From positions 52,886,001-52,950,000 of the forward strand of contig NC_043000.1 of the NCBI RefSeq assembly GCF_006345805.1: 64,000 nt of DNA, in the 5' to 3' direction. Positions 14,606 to 29,195 of this stretch are shown piece after piece. Source of the stretch: Octopus sinensis (lineage: Eukaryota). Below the pieces are notes generated by a model. The model was not told the DNA's origin. It searched no databases and worked only from the letters and a program-made list of their open reading frames with translations. Every line of letters starts with the position of its first letter. The first letter of the stretch is position 1. Both the position numbers and the translations under genes were made by a program.

Positions 14606-15008
14606 CTAACCCTCGCTGCCCCATCGTCTCTGCCTGTAACTTGCCCTCTGAAATGATCTCCAAATACCTCGACCGTATCCTTGCTCCCCTACTTTTGCAC
14701 ATTCACGACACCAATCTAGCTCTGCGTCTGTTTAACTCTTTCTGCTTCCTTTCTGGCCCCACTCAACTTCTGCTTACTCTCGACATTAACTCTTTGTATA
14801 CGGTGATCCCACACAACGACGGCCTTCTTGCGCTTAAACACTTCCTTGATCTTCAGTCAGACCCTCAACCTGACATCTCCACACTTCTTCATTTAGCCGT
14901 ACATGTCCTCTCCCTCAACAGCTTCTTGTTCGTGGAGTAGTTTTCCCAACAAATCTCATGAGTCGCCAGGGGAACAAGAATGGGCTCCAAATATACGAAC
15001 CTGTTCCA
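14606..15008 (+). mobile_element. Penelope-like element RT fragment (copy 2, within the duplication)
   Basis: Near-identical to 12838-13240. Confidence 0.88.
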
Positions 15009-15234
15009 AATCCTAATATATACGGTCCTTATATCGATGACTGAATCGGAACGACCTCACTCACCTTCGAACATCTCCGTGCAGTAAGGAATTTTGTCAG
15101 TGAACAGGACGCGGCTTCAAATCTACGAACATAGTTTGACAAATTAAATTTAAATGTTGAAGTGTATCTAACGGTTTTTGTGTTTTTAAATTGGCTTATA
15201 AACACCTTCTACAATGCAATTGTATATATATATA

Positions 15235-15318
<84 letters not shown>

Positions 15319-15827
15319 TGTGTGTGTGTGTGTGTGTGTGTGTGCGTATGTGTGTGTGTGTGTGTGCGTGCGTGTGTGTGTGTGTATGTATCGATGATTT
15401 GAAGTTTTGTCGAATAGGAGTATATTGTGTGATAAACTATACTGAACAATAACGGGATAGGCTATGTGCTGTGGCTGATAGATTATCTTTGACATATTGG
15501 AATTGCTCAAAGTTATAAGTTGTCAGTTTTATAGTGTAATAGAGTATATAGTATAATAAAATTTATAATATAATAGACATTATTATCAAATATATGCTTT
15601 AAGTCTAACGTTTTATTGTCGTTCTTTTAAACTGTCATTTTTTTTTACATTTATCTAAATAACATAACAGTTATTTATCATGTATAGACATTATATAACA
15701 ATTTATGTGAGAATCTATGAGCGTACAAACCTTTGCATTTATTAATGTTACGACACACACAACGATATCACAGTCACATACATATGTATGCATGTATACA
15801 TGTATGTATATTTGTGAGTGAGTGTGT

Positions 15828-15867
<40 letters not shown>

Positions 15868-16269
15868 ACGCATTACATATTAACCATTTTTACGTATCCG
15901 TATATAGCACATTTCGAACGATAATTCCATTAAACTCATTATTATAGACATCAATGTTATATAGACATCTACTTTCATGTAATCGTAAGAAGCCCTAATT
16001 GGGATACATCGTAGATTAGTATCATGATTCTGCTCTATTTCAAAGTCTTTTAGAGCATATGCAATATATTGTTCTCTGAATTTTCCTGCAGTGGCTTAGG
16101 TATTCACGTCTACTTTTAGTTGTACTTTGACTGCATTGTCTTTGAATCATTATTTTATTAATATTAACTATCAATAATATGTCTTTGGTATAACTATAAT
16201 GTATATCCGGTAGTGGGACCCTAGGACCCTGGTTTCAGGGTTGAGGAGTGTGGAACCACTTCTTAGCCA

Positions 16270-17430
16270 ATATTATTCGCAGGTGTACACTGTCCCGGAG
16301 TGGTACCGCGAAGTGAAGATGAATGTAAAAAGAGTGGTGTGGGTGGAGAAATGGGAGGCAAGTGAAAGGTTCGGGAAAAAGTTAAGTGAAAATTTTGTAA
16401 GAAATAAAAATATGTTTTGGAAAGAGGTACAGATGGTAAGAAATGTGGTTGGAGGAAGGAAAGAAAAGGTGAACAACGTAAATGGAAATTTGTTGAAAGG
16501 CAGTGAGGATTTATAAAGGAGATGGGCAGTGTATTTTAGTGAACTGTTAAATGTGGAGGATGTTAGGGAAACCAAGAGGAGAGAGGAGAGTGCCTGTTGG
16601 TGTGTAATGAAACTACAGTGCAACTGGAAGGGAAGTGTTGATGGAATCCTTGCGGAAGCTGGCACACCAAAACGCGCCAGATATAGATGGGTGTACACTG
16701 GAATGTCTCATTAAAGGAGGGGTGACATTGATTGAATGGTTAGTGAGGTTTATGAATATGTGTTATATGGCTGGAAGAATACCAAAGTGCTTGTATAGTG
16801 CCACAGTACAAGGGGAAAGGGGATAAATGAGAGTGTGGAAACTTTAGGGTTATGAGTCTGTTGTGTGTGGTAGGTAAACTGTATGGGAGAATTCTGATTG
16901 TGAGGGTGAGGAACCAGACAGAGAGTGTACAAGAGAAGGAGCAGCGTAGTTTGAGGAGTGGAAGGGGGTGTGCAGATGGAAAAATTGTAGTAAGGCAGAT
17001 GTGTGAGAAGTGTTTGGCAAAAGGTTAGATGGTATATTGGGCCTGTATGAACCTAGAGAAGGCATATGACCGTGTGGATGAGTATGCAATGTGGCAGGTG
17101 TTGTAGTTGTATGGAGTAGATAGTAGATTGTTGAGCAGTGTTCAGCGTTTTCATAGAGAAAGTAGAGCATGTGTTAGGGTGGGTGGTGAAGGTTGTGAGT
17201 GGTTTGATATGAAGGTGGGGTTAAGACAGGGTTGTGTGATGTCTCTGTGGCTGTTTAATTTATATATGGATGGTGTGCTGAGAGAGGTAAATGCTAGAAA
17301 CTTTGCTGGAGGAACCAAAAATGGTGGGATAAAATGGAGAAAGATGGCAAGTGAGTCAGTTGTTGTTTGCTGATGATACAGCACTGGTGGCAGATTCGGA
17401 AGAACAACTGAGGAGACTGGTGGTAGAGTA
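16270..17430 (+). mobile_element. RTE-clade LINE reverse transcriptase, degenerate
   Basis: MFWKEV...RRWAVYFSELLN; APDIDG; NLEKAYDRV; VGLRQGCVMSLWLFNLYMDGV; FADDTALVADSEEQL. Several stops and frameshifts. Confidence 0.88.
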
Positions 17431-17842
17431 TCCACAGTATTTACTTCGTATATACTTTTAACTCTCCGTGTATATCTTGTCACTGCTAATATTTAACAGT
17501 TTCATACTTTACGGTATACAGCAGTAAAGATCAATTAACTATTTTATTTGAAATTCAGCATCTATGAAAGAACATAACTTTTTGTTTTGCGAGTCGAATT
17601 TATGGCAGCTAAAACAACTCCAAATTTAAACTGCTCCATTTGCAAAATATATATCAAATTAATTTAGGTTCTTTACACAGTTCGTGGCAATTTTTGAGCT
17701 TATTACTAGTATCAAAGTCTTAGTTTATTTCATTCCAATACTATACGACCATATTGTATGTATTGTATTGCAAAGTGATAATAACACATAATTTGATATA
17801 TCAACGGCGAATTTATTGCTATTCTCAGAACAATGAGTGCAG

Positions 17843-18010
17843 AAGGACCCACACAAGTGTTTGTTATAGGAGCCGAATCTCAAATTGTCTTAAAAGGAAT
17901 GACAGTATGGTTGATGCCATCCAAGATAGAAAAACATTTTACTGATAGCTGTAGCATCTCCTTTCGCAGGGCTTTGTCAAACCTAACGAGGATTACACAG
18001 TAACAATACA
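17843..18010 (+). pseudogene. Degenerate Ig-domain exon (N-terminal part)
   Basis: Phase-1 acceptor tgcag|aa, then GPTQVFVIGAESQIVLKGMTVWL with a Cys codon one frameshift away; typical GP..I...V.kG.tV.L.C Ig start. Confidence 0.35.
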
Positions 18011-19729
18011 GTTATCAAATATACAAAATTGGAATGCTTCTGTTCTCCAGGAAAAGAAACAGTATTTTATATTTTCATATTATTTGATGTCACTTGTACA
18101 CTTTGAATAGGAAAATAACGTTTAGGGAAACTCGCTATAAACAGGTGCAACAACAATTCTAACGCAATTATTTGCAATATACATGAATTAATATGGGATG
18201 AAAAAAATTTTTCAAGACGCAAAACATAAAGAATGCACAGACAAATTAGCAGATAAGGTGAATGCAGCACTTGTAGTATGACACTTTGATAATACTATAT
18301 ATGCTATAACAAATGTACAGCCATAAGTGAAACAAGTAAAATAACGTAAATGTGAATGTGGTTGAAGTCTGCGATTTACATGAAAGCCATCAATTTTTCA
18401 ATCTTGTTTAACTTTGCGTTTGAATGTTGATTCACTTTCGATTAGTTGTATTTTATCTCTCAGTTTCCTTGGCATTGTTTAATTATCTCATGGCAGACGC
18501 TAAACAGAGCATATGATTAATTAATTTTAGCCAGGTAGTTTAAACTTTATAACCTTTAAGATTGATGGTGACGTTTCCAATTTCTTGGTTTTTCTTTTAA
18601 TTCAATCTACACATTTTAGTAAATTTATAATTGCAGATTATATATATATATATATATATATATCATGCCTAGTTCTGTTGCCTATATATATCATGCCTAG
18701 TTCTGTTACGTTTACCTATAGATACGCATTCCTCCTGGTACCATATGTCCCTTGATTTATTTTACATGGTTCAATTTGTTATTTCTTTAATGCCGTTTGA
18801 TGCACTTGACATTCCACGCTCTTACTATTCCCCAATTCTCTGATTTATTTTCGCTGCTAGTGATTATGCTTCATACCCATAATTAAATTTTGCTGTATAA
18901 ATTGTTTTCCTATTTTTCAACCAATATTTGTAAACATTCGAACATACTTTTTCGATTGAGAAATTGTTGCTACCGTTATATAGAATGATATCTATAATCA
19001 AGGGGGCTTCAGTAATGGCAATGTCAGAGACAGCAATGTGCAATATTGCTTTCTATAACAAATACTGCATGTTATGAAGTGAATTTTGGCTATGGCCTCT
19101 ACCCGTATTGTGAGAGCATACAAACCCGCTTCTTGACTCGTTTAGTTTTGAAATAAGACATAACGCAACTATGATTTGGTAGCTCACATTTTTTGCATCA
19201 TTTAATTATTTACAAAATACGAGTCTCTGATCATACAACAAAAGTGTTATTCATTTTAACAGGGTTTAGTTAAACACTTCTCTTTCTGGCAGTCTCTCTT
19301 TGAATCTCCTCTCTATATTTAATTAAATTTTCATTTGCATAATTTTGATATTAATATGTTTTCCGTTCAGTTTTTCTGCAATGTTCTTTTATGCAATGTA
19401 TCCTAGTGGCATACGTTACAAACATTTTTACAATTACGTTTTGTAGAATATAGTAGTTATCCTTTTTATTGTTACTGATTTTGCTGCTGTTGTTATAATT
19501 TTTGTCGATATGTTTTCTTGTTAAAATCTCACGGCTTTCTCTAACAAATCTCTATATTTGTACTTGTGGTTCCACTGGGAAATCCTCGGGTGATAAACAG
19601 TATTACAGTGAAATACTTGCTGCACATTACATATAAAAAAAAAACATACATACGCTTATTGAATTATCTATCTACGTACGCATGTCTGTCTGTCTGTATG
19701 TATCTATGTATGTAAATATGTACGTAAGC

Positions 19730-19762
<33 letters not shown>

Positions 19763-19889
19763 ATACATATATATATAAACATATATATATGTATATATGT
19801 GTGTATACATATGATTATATATATATATATATACATACACACATACACACATATATATATATATGTATGCATATATATAGGCATACATA

Positions 19890-19939
<50 letters not shown>

Positions 19940-20400
19940 CATATATAAATGCATATATACTTATTTATACGTACACGTATACGCACAAATTCACACAAAG
20001 ACTCTGTTTCAACACTGATATAGTAACTTATGTACCCCGTAATGCAATATCTATGAACTAGGTATTCCTGTTCAAATTCATTTAATACTTTAATTAATAC
20101 TTTAATTCATTTAATAATTTATTTAAGTATTCATTTTTTTCTGGGAATATGTATTTAGAAAGAATCTCTCAACTGATGTAATACCATGTTTTTGCAGTTG
20201 TTGTCTAAGTTTCTCACATTATTACGCTGATTGATGTTTCGTGCGAAATGTTTGCTGAAAAATAAATGTTTAAATGGTGGTGCCAAGTTGAGTATATAAA
20301 GAGTGTCGATGTGATGCGTGGCTAAATGCATGTTATAACGCAAATGCATGTCTTAGATTTGATGGCATCTGTCCTAACATTGCCTCTTGACGAAATTCCG

Positions 20401-20604
20401 TCAAGCTTTAACATTCGCAGATTTATTTCTCCACTCAGTATGAGAGAAAATAATTTGTTTAATACTATTGACAGGTTTCAATATATCGAATTTGACTAGA
20501 CGTTTTTCACGAATCCCGATAAAATTGAAATACATTTTTTCCGCATCCCATAGATGAACAGGATATATACAGGGAACAACTCTACCATCAACATATTCTG
20601 TAAC
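20401..20604 (-). CDS. Candidate terminal coding exon, unknown product
   Basis: Pyrimidine-rich acceptor (ttttttattcccgtacttgaag), then 67 sense codons VTEYVDGRVVPCIYPVHLWDAEKMYFNFIG...KSANVKA*. No recognisable domain. Confidence 0.25.
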   Translation of the reverse strand, partial: VTEYVDGRVVPCIYPVHLWDAEKMYFNFIGIREKRLVKFDILKPVNSIKQIIFSHTEWRNKSANVKA

Positions 20605-23600
20605 CTTCAAGTACGGGAATAAAAAATACAGACAAATTATCTCTGAATACTTCTCGTTTGTGTTGATGATTTAGAAGAAGCCAAGTTGTCAAGAGATATG
20701 TTGGTTCGATTTTTCTGAATGCTATTGCTTAGAGATCTTGAATTTCTTCATAAATAGGTGAACTAGAAGGCCTGTTACGATCTTATTACGAGTAAGCACT
20801 GCCAATCTCCCGTAGCAGTAGCATAGTTAGTATGAGTACGGAGGGATTCGATCTACAACTGAGAAATATTTAGTTGAGGATCAAAAGTAAGCCAACACAT
20901 GTATCTATAAATTGACCAATCAACGTATAGCTGTAACGTTGTATGGTTTGTCGGATGATCTAAACGTTTTCCCATTTTCATTCTATAAAACCACTTGGCG
21001 GCTAGCTCAGACAAACCACCTTGGGTACTCACAGAAGGCGAATAACTAAGGTCAGATCTCCTTGGGCACTTACAGAGACAGACAGCCTGGAGCACTCGGG
21101 CAAAACAGACGGCACCACGCACTTACACTTGGGGTATTACTGCTAGCGTTCAAGAGAAACAATGCGCTTCTCTCATTCCAGTCATATTTATACTATATGC
21201 GTTGTTTTTATGTAGACAGCCAATACTGTAATTGATGTCCATCTATAAATATATCAAAAGTTAAAATTTCGTAAGTTGCTTCATTTTTTATACAAGCAGC
21301 CAGTTAGTCCACACAATGATAGTCTTCAGCAATATAACACACATCAGCAAGGAAACACCATGATATTGATGGCCAAGCAACAATGCGACATTTGGTGACG
21401 CCTGGCGGCCAGTATATCGTCGCTGACTAGCTGACAAGGAAAGGTCCCCGAGAAGAAAAGGCCAGGATAAACTTCAACAATACCGACCCAACTCATCAAT
21501 CTCATGGAAACCAATTCTCCAGCGTAATAATGGACACGAGACAAGGCAAGCTAACAAAAATATGATTACAGAGACAAATGACGAAAGCTCGTAACTTTTA
21601 AAACTACACCCCACAACTTCTGACCTTCTACGCTTATGTGCTGTAGGTGTGTATATTAATAAGTTAGACACATAATTTCACGCACAAATTGTCTGTCCAC
21701 AAGATAGTTAAAACCAGTTTTAATTGACTTCAAATGCATGATTTCGGAGCAAAATGCGTCTAGAATTCATCCAAATTTGTAGTAAAATTCTGTATCTAAT
21801 CTTTTCCTATAATTTTTTTAAGTGATTCTAACTATCTTGCACTTAAATAGTGCAACTTCACATTTCTCGTCGCATTCTCCTGAAAATAGTGGTAGCCCAG
21901 CTATTCAGACCAGTTTATCCTTTCCTACCCTTCTATTCACTGGGCATCCTTTAATTTAGTTTCTCAGCTTGAATCCAATTATGCAGCGAGTAAAATTTAT
22001 TCAGATTTCACACTATTAGTCAGTTTTATGCTCCTACATTAAGCAATGAATTACTAACATTTTCGATCCCCCGTTTTATCACGGGATGAAAGAGGAGATT
22101 CTACATCCAAACAAAAAGGTTTTCACCAACTCATTCCTAAAAGTTCAGAAGAATGAAAGAATTAGTAGGGTATAACCCATTTGAAACGTAGATGTTGAGA
22201 CAACTTTTTTCTCGCTCCTACTGTCAAACGCGCAAGTCATTTTAACGCATATAGGAGAACAGAGTACTCCTATTAATTCAACTGTGTTGACAGATGTTTC
22301 TTATCAGCATTTTCGTTAATTTTCAAGGATGCACATACTTTCACAGGATTGGTCTATAGATTTACCAATTCTTAATTTTGCAAATATATTTGAACAAATG
22401 TGTAACTGAATTAATATTAGAGCAGGATTCTAAACTATACATATCTGATGATGAGATACGATTTATCTGAAGAGAAAAGAAAGGACACGGCATCATAGTC
22501 CAACTATGTATACATACATTTTGAACGGTTATTCTCATGGAATTCCCCGCAACTTTTACGTAGATATAAGCAAAGACGTACATAATTCTTTTAGCATGTC
22601 TGTATCTCAGAATTCTCTGTCATCAGCCAAGATTTCAAGATAACTTGTTAAAAACAGTAGCATGTTTGCACTATCAATTCTCTATCCTTACACGATATTC
22701 TTGACAAAAATTCAAAAAGCCTCCGAATATTGTAGCCTGTCAGTTACCGCTTGGGTTGTATTTTCGTAATTTCGTTTCTCCGAAATTCTTAAGGCCCTGC
22801 ATTGATTTTTTAAATTAAAGTTGATTTAAACTATCGTTTTCTTCCTTTATAAAAACGTCTACTTTCAGCGGCTGCTTTGCTGGAGTCTGCTTTTGTTTTT
22901 CAGACTTCATACTCGCTCTTTTCATACTTTTATTTCTTAATGTTCCAGAGACCATTTAAATATGTTATAATAAACTATAACATAATTGCAAGTATTTTAT
23001 GATGAAAATAAAATATATATGCGTTTGTACTATATGGTAAGTTCAAATAATAATGAAATAATCGAAAGGAATGTGTTTATCAATCAAAGAATCGTGAATC
23101 AATCAATCACTAAGTATTTCTTTAATTTTCAATTGCCCTTTCTGTCTGTATATATACGCACAAGCATATTCTTATACAAAAGATTTTATGATGTTCTACT
23201 TATATTAAGGAAATATTTACTCCTGTGAGAATATTTTTGGCATATTCTGTTCGATCATTTGAGGATGAGGCATCTATCGAGGTAAGCGAGAAAGAGTGAG
23301 AGTGCTAAAGCAAGAACTGAGAGGGAAAGAAGGTGAGAAAGAGATTGTGAGAGATTCTTAGAGAACTGGTGATATAAATATTTAACTATTTAGTTAGATT
23401 AAATATAATATTTATGCAAATCCTACATAGGGGCGAACAACAACGAAACAGCAACTATTCCGTAATGCACCCTGTCACCGAGTAAGCCAATATGGAGAAA
23501 ACATTTTGTTACTCCCCACCATACCTCAAAAGCATAATTGAAGGTACTACAGTAATATAATCTGTTATATGCCATGATCAAATAACCACGTCAAATATAA

Positions 23601-24509
23601 AGCAGCAGTTCAGCTCCCTAAACGATCTACCAATTCTTCGGCGAAATACAGTTACAGTAAGCATATAGCATTAATTGCTTTCCGCGTGCACATCAGCAGA
23701 ACGAGCACTTGAGAATACACTTGCATTAATTATAATTATATATCATTCTTATTAATTTCCCGCTACTTTCTCCTACTTTCTATTCTTTCCCTCCATATAT
23801 AAATACATAAATAGATATGTGTTGCGCATGCAAAAGAAACTGATTGAATAAGTAGCAAGCTTAAAACAAAAGTGCTCACGTCGATTCTTTCCACTAAAAT
23901 CCTTCAAGGACGCGCCCCTGCATAACAGCAGTCTAATGATTGAAACAAGTAAAAGATAAAAAACAAAATCGATATCGATCATCACTTAACGTATGCGCAT
24001 GAGTGCAATTATTTATCGCCTACTCACTTGAAAATTGGTATTTGTTTATAAACTATTGGTGACACGATGTAAGCTAACAAGAGAAAGAATGAATAAGTAC
24101 AAGCAACAACGTAAAGTGACGCAAGGGATCGAATCACTAGAATAAACACCTGAATCAGCAGCGTAGGAAGGACAAACTGAATATGAGAAAAATACAATCA
24201 TTATTTCCAACTGATAAGAGAATATGAAAATGAGTGAACGTCAAAAATCCAGTAAATATACGATGGTTAAAAGTTTGTTAACATTCTGTGACATGAATAT
24301 TCTCATTAATCCTTGTGATGCTCTTAGATTTATAAATGATCCTTTGAACTCATGGAAGAGAAAAATCATGCTTCCTCAATTACAGCCTTTTCGAGAAGCA
24401 CTGAAACGATTTGTTAAATGAATATAATTCAGAATATATATTATCAGAGGAAACACTAATTTTTATGATTCTATATAAATTTACAACCATCTAAAAACTG
24501 TCCTCTTTA

Positions 24510-24536
24510 CCGTGGAATTACCACGGGCACTGCTAG
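24510..24536 (+). mobile_element. Helitron-like 3' terminus
   Basis: Hairpin ccgtgg-aatta-ccacgg, then gcactgCTAG; the same actgctag ending occurs near 58449. Confidence 0.4.
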
Positions 24537-25149
24537 AATCATTTAGATATTCAAAAATGCTTTATGGATAATCGAACGCTTTTTTCTAGTTTCATTTCTG
24601 TCGCAGTTTCGTAATATCATGTTGAAACAAGCTTTCAAAACATGGAATATAGTAGTATAATGAATCTAATTCCATTCAAATATCACAACAACGATTCTAT
24701 GAATGCGCTACATTTAGACACCATTTTGTTTTCATAACTAAAAATAAGTGTATTTTCGAATTCTTTGAGTGCGATACATTTAGATACTATTTTGTTTTCA
24801 TGCCTAACTGTAACTGTACTTTCAAAACAGTGATATTATACAGATACTGATTAGTAGATAGATGAAAAATTCAATATTCCTTTTATTATCTTCAAAAGAA
24901 ATGGTCAAAAATATAATAATCATTTCTTGTTCTGCGCTGTAAATGACTGCTTATAAAATGTCGTATATAACTTAGGTTAAACAGTTGACATAATGTTATT
25001 TATTTACAACTTAAACATTTACGTTGAAATTTGTATATTATATTGTGTGAAGTAAGTTGTGTGGCTTGCATGTGTGTGCTTTTCTATGGATGATCTGGTG
25101 TTTTAAATTCTAAAGTCATTATAACATTATAAGCAGTGAAGTGTGTTTC

Positions 25150-25500
25150 TCAGTCACATGTTTCTTTGTTCAATACCAACGGGTAGCACGTTGGGCCAGT
25201 ATCTTACTCTATAGCCTTGGGTCTATCACACGATGTTGAGTGGATTTGGTAAAAACTTGTCGTATATGTGTGTGTTTGTGTTTGTGTGTCTGTTTGTCTG
25301 TCTTTGTGTCTGTGCTCGTTTCATTCCCTCTCACCGCTTTACAACCAATGTTGGCACGCTTGCGTCCGCGTAACATAGCGGTTCGGCAAAGACCGATAAA
25401 ATAAATACCAGGTTTAGAAACTAAGTTCTGGGATTAATTCATTCGACTAAAAATTGAGGGCGGTGCCCCAGCAAGACCGCAGTCTAATGACTGAAACAAG
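25150..25500 (+). mobile_element. SINE, degenerate
   Basis: Body with gcggttcggcaaag-accgataaaataaataccagg...gcagtctaatgactgaaacaag and an internal TG/TC microsatellite; related tail at 23.9 kb. Confidence 0.55.
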
Positions 25501-25867
25501 TAAAATATATCTGCACATTCAAAGGGTACAAAACCCATAACTAGAACTTTCAAGTGCATATAACACGTGTATATCCGGAAAATATCATATATTATGTGTT
25601 CGCTAATAATTCCAAAACCCTAAGCGATATTTAATTACAGAACAGAACTATCACTCATAAACTATTGTGGCATCTTATCATGTATATTGCAGCTTATATT
25701 GCAGGTACCTAAATAGTGGGGAGAAGAAACTGGCAAATTCTTGGAAGTCCCAGTATTGACTTAGTGGTAGAGTCGAGTACATCACGCGTAGTAGAAATAA
25801 GATCGGTTGCGCAAGTAATCAGCCGTTATGCAGTTTCTGCTGAGTAGATTTAAACATGAAATGGGCA

Positions 25868-25945
25868 CCTTGCTCAAACACAGAAACTGCCACCCGGTCC
25901 AAATATCGTGCCTATGAACTTATGATGGCGATTCCTGCAATGTAA
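25868..25945 (+). pseudogene. Degenerate EGF-like module
   Basis: PCSN(T), then after a frameshift RNCHPVQISCL*TYDGDSC. The stop TGA sits where a Cys (TGY) is expected in C-x-C-x(n)-Y-x-G-x-x-C. Confidence 0.4.
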
Positions 25946-26956
25946 CCACTAAGTTACTTGCCCTTACAAGACGAGACGTAGTACTGAATAAACTATGAAC
26001 ATAACGTAGAATTAGCACGAAAGAAAGTATAATGGTGATTTCATTACTTATATCATCAATATAAGATAAGGTGCAGTCGATCACTGGGATTCATGTCATC
26101 ATCTAGCCCCTAACCAAAGATTTTAGGCCTTGTGCCTACAGTAGAAATGATTATATTTATAATCAATTTTACATTAATTTATAATCAATTCTACATTAAA
26201 TTACAACTGCAAAAACGGAACAATGGCATAATTCTAATCATTTCTTTCTGACGGTAAAATAACATAATGTAACATAATTGTGATACTTGATTAAAATTAA
26301 AACGAACTGATTTGACTTAAATTTATTTATCATAATTGAACTTAAATATGTATCGCAATTCTATGATTATACATTTTATGGTTGTTACCTTAATGAAATA
26401 TCTGTTGAGCATAATCAAAATACGAACTATAAGTGAGATTTACGATCTGTTTTAATGCTGAAATATTCCATTTAAAAATCTATTTTAAGCCTTTATGTAT
26501 CTACATGCAACTCGTTCGAACTTGGGTTTACTGTATTATAACAATCTGACGTAGTTTAATGACCTGTTATTACTCAAGGTCTAGATTACTCCCTCTCCCT
26601 CCCGCTCTCTTTCTTTCTCACTATACACACACATACATATAGATATACAAACGTATATATATTCTCATGTATATGCATCTATAAATACATAAAATATAAA
26701 TGTATTTATGTTTATATAAATATATGTGTATCTATCTTTATCCATCTATGTGTCTACCTATATATGTGTGTGTGAATGTATCAAATAGATGTTTTATAAA
26801 AGTATTCTGCAATTACAATAACAGCCATACCAACAATCCAGCAAACCTCCATCACCAGCTGCCTCAGGGATATCACTGTAGTTTCGACACCCGGACAGTA
26901 CCTTTCAATCCAGCGGTGTCAACAGCACTAAAACAAGTACTGTTTAGGAACAAACA

Positions 26957-27028
<72 letters not shown>

Positions 27029-27038
27029 TATATTATAT

Positions 27039-27082
<44 letters not shown>

Positions 27083-28229
27083 CACATTCATTCAATCGTA
27101 ATTCTAGGAAGGCTTAAACACTAACATTATTAATTAAATTACAACAAAGAAACACAATTACCCTATGTACAAACACACTATCAGTAAATAAATTCACTAA
27201 GTAAACCTATAACTAACTCCTAAATTATCTAATTATAAAGCAATCTAGCTCTTGAAGTCCTTACAGATAATATTCCTACCATTCATCCTTACTTATTAAT
27301 GTAAAAGTGAAAGCTTTTATATTCTAGTCTTTCCAAAACAAAAACAAACTTTATTGAACTAATAACGTAACTAATTCTGAGTGAATTACACTATTTTATA
27401 ACCCGAAAGTTAATAATTAACACACTAAATTAGTATTGATTATTTGTTAACCTTATATGCTTTAATGGTAAACTTACACTAGTAATTCAATAGATAATAC
27501 TAAAATATCCTTATAATCAGGAACTAATAAGAGAATACCTGCATTTAACAATTATTATAAAAACCTTGCCTATATGTCTCTTTCACTCTCTCTCTCTCTC
27601 TCTCTTATATATATATATATATACATATATATATGTCTGTATAGATGTTCGTGTATGTGAGTGTGTGTGTGTGTGTATGTGTGTGAGTGAGTGTGTGTAG
27701 GTATGTGTGTGTAAGTGTGTGTGTGTGTATGTGTGTGTGTCTGTGTGTGCCCGCGCACGTGAAATAAAGTATCCAAAAATGATCAGAAGCTCTTCCCGAG
27801 CCATAGGCTTCCTGGATCCTGTGGCTTATATATTCTGCCATTGGATGGGACACCAATTCGTCGAAGAATTATTGAAAGTTTTATTCAGAAAGTAGATGCA
27901 TCACCTGAGCCCAGGAGTCCAGATGACAATCTTACGATCATGAGTGCAAAACCTTAATAATTAATCCACGTATCACCATACACACACGCACACGCACACA
28001 CACACGTAAACACACGCACACTTGCATTTGCTTGTATGTTTATATGCATGTGCGTCTGTGTTTGTTCGTGTGTGTGTGTATATGTAAGTGCTTGCATATT
28101 TATGCTTAAAGTGTTTCGAGTTATATCCCACGTTACATGTAAAGAAAGATTTGCATTGTATTAAACCACTTATATTGATTTGTATATGTGTATATCTGTC
28201 TCAGTTTATGTGTGCGAGCAAAACGTCCT

Positions 28230-28720
28230 CCGTCCAAGGAACAGTGCTGAGTTGTCAAACATTTAAGCCAAAGGCCTCCCCTTTGAGAAGCACTGATTTG
28301 ACCTAAATTTGAGACACCAGCAAAAGAATAAGTAAAGATAGACTTCCTTCCTTCATGCTAAGTTTGAAGAAAATATCTCTTTTGCATCTTTCTTTTTTTT
28401 GGTGTCTTAAATATACTGCATTTTGTGGCATTACTTCAAGCCAGCCGGCTTTTTTGCGCAAACTGCACGTGCATTTTTCTCGAATACGCGTAGTATCGAT
28501 CGCAACAGCTGATGCACTTGCGCGTACAAATGCACGTTTCCGCGGCTTTATTGATCACATTCTCACCTGAAATCGATTTTTGTAATTTTCGCAAGACTTA
28601 TACACGCCCTGATACCGTCAGTATGTACATATCAAATTTGAGCACAATCGGATGGAGGATGCCCGAGATCTTAGAAGACACGCACACAGACAGACAGAAC
28701 GGATTTTATATAATAGACTT
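28230..28720 (+). mobile_element. Non-autonomous Helitron/DINE-1-like repeat (tentative)
   Basis: Ends ...aaatttgagcacaatcggatggagg...acagacagacagaacggattttatataataga, a layout typical of such elements. Confidence 0.3.
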
Positions 28721-28989
28721 ATGTGTAATGCCATTATTGGAGGTATTGTCCAAATTCCGGACAAGGTTCTATGGATTATACAAAAGATATCTTGCATTCA
28801 TATCTCAATCTGCTACATAGCAGAATAAAATGCAGGTTCTTATATAATCATTGACTATGTTCGACAAAGTTTCTCGTAACAGCTAAATACGAAATCGTAT
28901 ATCAAATGAATGGCACATTGTCGGTCATGACGACTAGTGTTCAGTTTGTCCCAATTAACGTAACGACCTGCTACTGAAATTAACGTTCA

Positions 28990-29195
28990 AGTTACTGAGT
29001 GTCAAACAAACAAACTATTATCATAGTCCTCGGGGGAGATTCAGCGTGACGCACAATGCGATGAGAATGGTCCTGTGAATTACAGGTACAACTGAGTGAT
29101 GTCAGCTGAGATGATTAGAATAACATCTGGGAATCGAACTCACGACCTTACTATCATGAGCCAAATACTCCTAAACAGTAAGACACTCGTCTTCA
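28990..29195 (-). mobile_element. tRNA-derived SINE
   Basis: gggaatcgaactcacgacc is a reverse-complement B box; body resembles 39052-39362. Confidence 0.6.

Larger units (their letters stand above)
11690..15390 (+). repeat. Tandem duplication of a ~1.77-kb unit (about 11690-13455 and 13456-15225) bounded by (TA)n(TG)n tracts
   Basis: gaattcaacttaaatac at 11797 and 13566; ctacaatgcaattg at 13441 and 15209. About a dozen substitutions or small indels by eye outside the microsatellites. Confidence 0.97.
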
